Shown here: positions 58,240 through 64,000 of the stretch, one piece after another
How the letters are laid out: each line of letters begins with the position of its first letter
Numbering within the stretch: the first letter of the stretch is position 1
Assembly (NCBI GenBank): GCA_951406725.2
Contig: OX597814.1
Span: 44,020,001 to 44,084,000, forward strand
Origin: Octopus vulgaris
Lineage: Eukaryota
Direction of reading: 5' to 3'
Length of the DNA stretch: 64,000 nucleotides
Notes under the pieces: model-generated
Told to the model about the DNA's origin: nothing
The model's input: the letters and a program-made list of their open reading frames with translations, nothing else
Databases searched by the model: none
Translations under genes and position numbers: made by a program

Positions 58240-59022
58240 CATTTCAATCCCAGAGCCTAAGTCTGTGAGGGACCTGGGTATCGACATGAGTGTTGATACC
58301 TCTTTCCAAGTGCACATTACCATGATGGCGACAAAGTGCAGACGACTGGCTGGGTGGATCCTAAAAACATTCAGAACCAGAGATAAGGAAACCATGATGG
58401 TCCTCTGGCGGACATTCGTCCTCAGCCGCCTGGATTACTGCTCAAAGCTATGGCCACCCGCCAGTATAAAATTAACAGCGGACCTTGAAGCGATCCAGAG
58501 AAGATTCACAAAGAAGATCGTCTCTTTGCAACAGCAAAGGTTGAAACAGCTAAGACTCTACTCCCTGGAGAGAAGACAGGAGAGGTATGCAGTAATATAT
58601 GTCTGGAAGATCCTGGAAGAAATTGTGCCAAATTTTGGCATTGTAAGCTACACCAATGCTAGAACGGGACGACACTGCATAGTGCCAAAGATCCCAGCAA
58701 TGCCATCACGCTTCAGGACCAGCTTCTGCAACAGCCTGGGTTTCAAGGGCCCACACCTTTTTAATATTTTCCCAAAGAGTCTGAGGAACTTGCACAAAGT
58801 AGATGTAGCGGTTTTTAAATCAAAGCTGGAAATCTCCCTGTCGAGAGTCCCAGATGAACCTACCTCACGGCAAGAGGTGCAAATGAGAGTAGCTATATAA
58901 AACTCCATTCTTCACCAAGTGCCACATATTAGACGAGGTTCTTCGCAATGACAGTGTAGCACAAAACGGCGGTGCATCAGCATGGCCGCAGCTCTGAGCT
59001 GAAACTAGAGAAAAAAAAAAAA
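58240..59022 (+). mobile_element. CR1-clade LINE 3' fragment with 3' UTR and A tail
   Basis: VRDLGI..F..HI...ILKTFRTRD...LSRLDYCS.LW.P...LE.IQRRFTK..LRLYSLERR. Confidence 0.9.
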
Positions 59023-59042
59023 TATATATATATATATTTATT

Positions 59043-59043
<1 letters not shown>

Positions 59044-59117
<74 letters not shown>
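59044..59117. repeat. (GATA)n microsatellite
   Basis: Direct reading. Confidence 0.97.
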
Positions 59118-59129
59118 GTATATTTTAGT

Positions 59130-59270
59130 GGAACAAATCGACCCCAGGACTTATTCTTTGTAAGCCTAGTACTTATTCTATCGTTATTTTTCAGGAACCG
59201 CTGTAAACATAGCAACATCTGTTGTCAAGCGAGGGCTGGGGACAAAGACAGACACACATACATACACACA
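59130..59270 (-). mobile_element. SINE family A internal fragment
   Basis: aaatcgaccccaggacttattctttgtaagcctagtacttattctatcg. Confidence 0.8.
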
Positions 59271-59337
59271 CATATATATATATTTTGTTTTATTCTTTAC
59301 CATTATTCTCTCCCTTTCTCTCTCTCTCTCGCTCGCA

Positions 59338-59368
<31 letters not shown>

Positions 59369-59861
59369 CGTGTATATATATAAATATATATATATTTGTA
59401 TATATATATATACATATGATGACTGCGATCATGTGCTAAATATATTCTATTTGAATGTCTAAAAAAATTCAACTAAAATATATTTATAAGGTTTGACATC
59501 ATATATCGGTTATTACAGGATCTTTTTCATTTCTTCCTATGATGTGAACTTCACATTTTGGGTGGCACTCTGATACCAAAATTTTCAACGAATGCTTCCC
59601 TTTAAATACATCAGTATTTTATCAAAGTATTTTTGAATTATCAAAAATTAACGGAACTATAAAAAAGAAAACAGTAAATAGGAAAGAGAATTTTTGGAAA
59701 GATGGGAAGAATTTTTCATCTTTCAAAGAAATTGTAAGAAATTGAGTTTTGGGTATAGTAACATACACACATATATAAACATATATATATGTGTGTGCAT
59801 ATGTAAACATATATATATATGTGTGTGTATATATATATACATATCTCTGTATGTATGTATG

Positions 59862-59910
<49 letters not shown>

Positions 59911-60351
59911 CAGAGGAGATTTGATTGTTTGTATGCCTGTATGTACATACATATAAGTGCATGAACTTTATAACGTAATCCAATATTAGAAAATGCTAAC
60001 AAAAGCAATGAACAACATGATAACCTGTGTTCTACTGCTACAAAAACTATAGTTTTCGTTTCTACTATAGACTACCTTCTAATGTGAGAGAGGTCATTAG
60101 TCGACATTGCATCTACCCCAGTCTTCGACTGGTATTAGTTTCATCGACTCAAAAACGATAAAAACCAAACTCGAACTCGGCTAAATTTGAACTGAGAAAC
60201 GCCAAGAGAGACGTAATGTCGCTAATCATTTTCTCAGGGCGTGGTAACGACTCTGCGATTTCGTCGGCTTCTTAACGATAATAATAACAATAAGAAAAAG
60301 AAGAAGAGGAAGAAGAAGAATTATAGTAATAATATTATTATAATTATTATT

Positions 60352-60450
<99 letters not shown>

Positions 60451-60486
60451 AAGAAGAAGAAGAAGAAGAAGAAGAAGAAGAAGAAG

Positions 60487-61423
60487 AAAAACCTCTCTAT
60501 GGCAAATACCCAAAGAGAGCGAATAATGCAGATATTGACAAAGCCCTGACCCATCAATGGCTAATGGCCTCTGGCTTAAAATCTGAAACAGAAGGGTTTA
60601 TCATAGCAGCTCAAGATCAATGCCTACAAACATGCCAACATATTAAAGAACGGCAGTAGCCCAACATGTCGTGTATGCCGACAACAAAATGAAGCCATTG
60701 ATCATGTTGTCTCCAAATGCAGTCTTCTAGCGCCTACAGAGTACCTCAACAGGCATGATAGAGCTGCACAATATATTCACTGGGTATTTTGCAAAAACCT
60801 GGATTTGCCCCATGAAAAAAACTGGTGGGAACGAAATCCACCTCCAGTGCTTGAAAATGACCACATCTCACTCCTCTGGAATTTCACCATTCAAACTGAC
60901 AAAGATAGATGCAAATAAGCCAGACATCATATTGAAAGACTTCAGACAAAGAACAATGCCTCCTCATTGATATGACTGTCCCAATCGATATAAACGTATC
61001 TGTCAAGACCTACCAAAAACTGAGCAAATATAAAGATCTTGAAATAGAAATCAGCAAAATGTGGTACCTGAAGACTAAAACAATACCTGTTGTCATAGGT
61101 GCCCTGGGAATGATAGCGAAAGGAGCTGATTGCTACCTAACTCAGATACCAGGAAACCCCAAAATGGCAGAAATTCAAAAGATAGTGCTCATGGGAACTG
61201 CTCATATCCTACGCAAAATACTCTCTATGTAATCCCAAGTTTTAAAACAAACTTTTTTTAAAATTTATGTATTAGACATTCACTAGTACAACACCAAAAA
61301 AAAAAACAAATATATGGCACACTAGGCATAACAACAACGTGAACTTCCAGCCTGTTATCTCTTGAGGTCTCTGGGTGAGACTTGGAGCCAACTTGTACAG
61401 ACATAAAGCAAAAATCAAACATA

Positions 61424-61424
<1 letters not shown>
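60487..61424 (+). mobile_element. Short 5'-truncated R4/Dong copy nearly identical to 43797-44745
   Basis: Long identical runs with the 42680-44745 element, including the 3' UTR; preceded by (TAA)n(GAA)n and followed by (TAA)n. Confidence 0.95.
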
Positions 61425-61482
<58 letters not shown>

Positions 61483-61578
61483 GTAATAATAATAATAATA
61501 ATAATAACAATAATAATAATAATAATAATAATAACAATAATAATAATAATAATAATATTAATGATAATAATAATAATG

Positions 61579-61609
<31 letters not shown>

Positions 61610-61611
61610 TG

Positions 61612-61670
<59 letters not shown>
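61425..61670. repeat. (TAA)n tail
   Basis: Direct reading. Confidence 0.97.
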
Positions 61671-61671
<1 letters not shown>

Positions 61672-62062
61672 GAACTCAATACGGTGATGATAGCATGGTT
61701 TACAGAGATGACCAGTTATTCCAACTTATCAGAAGGCTTCTCAGTCTCTCATGCTCTTTCTATGCATAGGTGTATATAAGATATGAGATAAAGAGTAAGA
61801 AAATGGAATTTATGAGATTTTTATTAATCCCTACGATCGTTTAGAGCCATCATCCATCGATCCCTTGCGAGTGAAAAGGTGTCACGGTACATCATTCGGT
61901 GCTGGCTGGCCTGCCTCGTCATGTGACTTTTCTTTTACGTAAATTAAGATCATAGCCGAATTAAACAACACGGATGGAACGAAAAGCGAAACACAAAAAA
62001 AAAAAAAAAAAAGCAGAATTGGGCATTCAAACTGCTCCTTAGAGACTATTGAATTTTATGAG

Positions 62063-62103
<41 letters not shown>

Positions 62104-62844
62104 CACACCCATATGTACATGCACACATACGTCACATTCACTCATTTTACTTCAATCACACAGATAACCGCTGACGGACCAATGTCTATATTTACAGACT
62201 CTTCAGACTCCAGCCGCTATTCGTTTGTGATTGTTATCACGCCAATCAGGTGTTGATTTATGATTTGATATCAACAGCTTCATACACCCACAAATACCGA
62301 TTCGGACACGTATAGTCGTGTACATATACATCCTCACTTGTTCGCACACACATAGGTGCATGAAAAACGGTACCCACCGACAAATACATAGACACTCCCG
62401 CACAGACAAACCAGTATACAGGTACACATCAATAGACATGTGTACATATTTTGACATACTCACATGCAAGCACATACACATTCATGTATATGTTTGTGTA
62501 TGTGTATTCACGCACATGTGCGTAAGCATGTGCGTGGGGGAATAGAATGCAATCAGATAGAAATAAGCGAAACGGAAATTAAAGGAGGTATACTTTGACA
62601 AGTCAACTCACGAGGCACGTCTGCACCGACCCGAATGATGCAACACGAGTATGTGTACAGCATCTTAACCGTGAGGGACCAATGCACGATGGATCGAAAC
62701 GATCATAGTGATTGTTAAAGAATCTCATGAATTCCCTTTTTTTTCTCCTTATCTGATATATTATAACTTTTGCGGGCACAAAGGAATGATGACACCAGGT
62801 AGCCGAATAAAGTGAAGGGGATTTAAACGTTATACAACAAGGTA

Positions 62845-64000
62845 CGAGGGGCGTTCAATAAGTAATGCCCCTGACCCACTTCCCATAGCAGTAGAGCAAC
62901 GACACTTGGCACAGTTATTAGTCTTTTCCTACATAGGAACTACTCAGAGTTATGCATTTCTCCCATGGTTTGATACAGCTCTGGATACCGTTTTTGTAGA
63001 AGACCCCAGCTTGGTCCTCCAATCACGACGTGACTTCAGAAATCAAGGCTGTATCATCTGGGAAACGCTTTCCTTTCAAAATCAACTTCATGGCTGGGAA
63101 GAGGTGAAAATCAGAGGGTGCAAGGGGAGGAGTTCATAGCTGCACGCCTGTGCTTCTGATCTGGCGACACGAGAGTTGTGGACCGGAGCGTTGTCCTGCA
63201 GGAGGAGGATGCCTTTGCTGATCTTGCCCCGCCTCTTGATTTTGATAGCTTCTTTTAATTTCCTCAAAAGTGGAGCATAATAGGCTTCTGTAATTGTGGT
63301 ACCCTTTGCCAGGAAATCTGTCATCACTACTCCGCCCTGGTCCCAGAAGACTGTGAGCATAACCTTGTCAGCGGAGGGCTGCACCCTTGCCTTCTTTGGA
63401 GGAGGTGAGTCATGGTGCTTTCACTGCATTGACTGGGCTTTGGTCTATGGATCATAGTGATGGACCCAGGTTTTATCCTGTGTTATCACTCTTTTGAAAA
63501 ATTTTGACTCATCTTCTTGGCACACCTCCAAATTCATCCTCGAGCACTCAACGCGTTCTTGCTTCTGGAAAGGTGTGAGCAACCTGGAAATCCATCTGGC
63601 AGACACCTTTTGCATATGCAAATGGTCATGAATGATAGTTTCCACAGACCCGGTACTAATCTTGACCTTATGGGCTATTTGGCGAATAGTTATGCGTTGA
63701 CCTTCCAAAATGGCAGCCTCAACTTGACGGACAGACGTCTCATCAACGGCAGAAGGGGGCGACCAGATCTGGGAGCTGTTTCCACAGAGTTCCGACTATG
63801 TTTGAATTCACAATGCCAGCGTTTTACAAGGTCATATGATGGGGCATAATCACCATAAGTTACTTTCATTTCATCAAAAGTCTCCCGTGGTGTGCGTCCT
63901 TTCAAATACAAAAACCAGATCACTGCTCGACACTCAACAGGCTCCATTTCACACTTGACTCAGTTCAAACATCTGTAAATCAGAAACCACAATTAGTTCA
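62845..64000 (-). mobile_element. mariner transposon, same family as 29206-30202, runs off the window end
   Basis: TIR ta|cgaggggcgttcaataagtaatgcccc; MEPVECRAVI, VSARWI, ITQDKTWVHHYDP and LLQDNAPVH motifs; frameshifted. Confidence 0.95.

Overview
AT-rich, repeat-saturated eukaryotic DNA with no host gene exon I can support. The SINE families and microsatellite style suggest a cephalopod (Octopus-like) genome; this is an inference. The window is a mosaic of transposable elements: many R4/Dong-type RLE non-LTR retrotransposons associated with (TAA)n tracts (one near full length, 33689-37685), Tx1/L1-clade elements, RTE and CR1 fragments, a Penelope GIY-YIG fragment, Tc1/mariner copies, a non-autonomous Helitron, a MITE-like foldback, three tRNA-derived SINE families and many microsatellites. 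Most six-frame ORFs are microsatellite artefacts or TE fragments. The best candidate for something undescribed is a 2.2-kb ORF1(gag)-only Tx1-like element (6560-8786) inserted with a perfect 17-bp target-site duplication into the tRNA-derived head of a SINE. Also notable are a minimal hammerhead ribozyme motif (58003-58060), a SINE/CR1 shared 3' hairpin with compensatory changes, and a 13-kb co-oriented stack of TAA-associated retroelements. Boundaries of degraded elements are approximate and read by eye.
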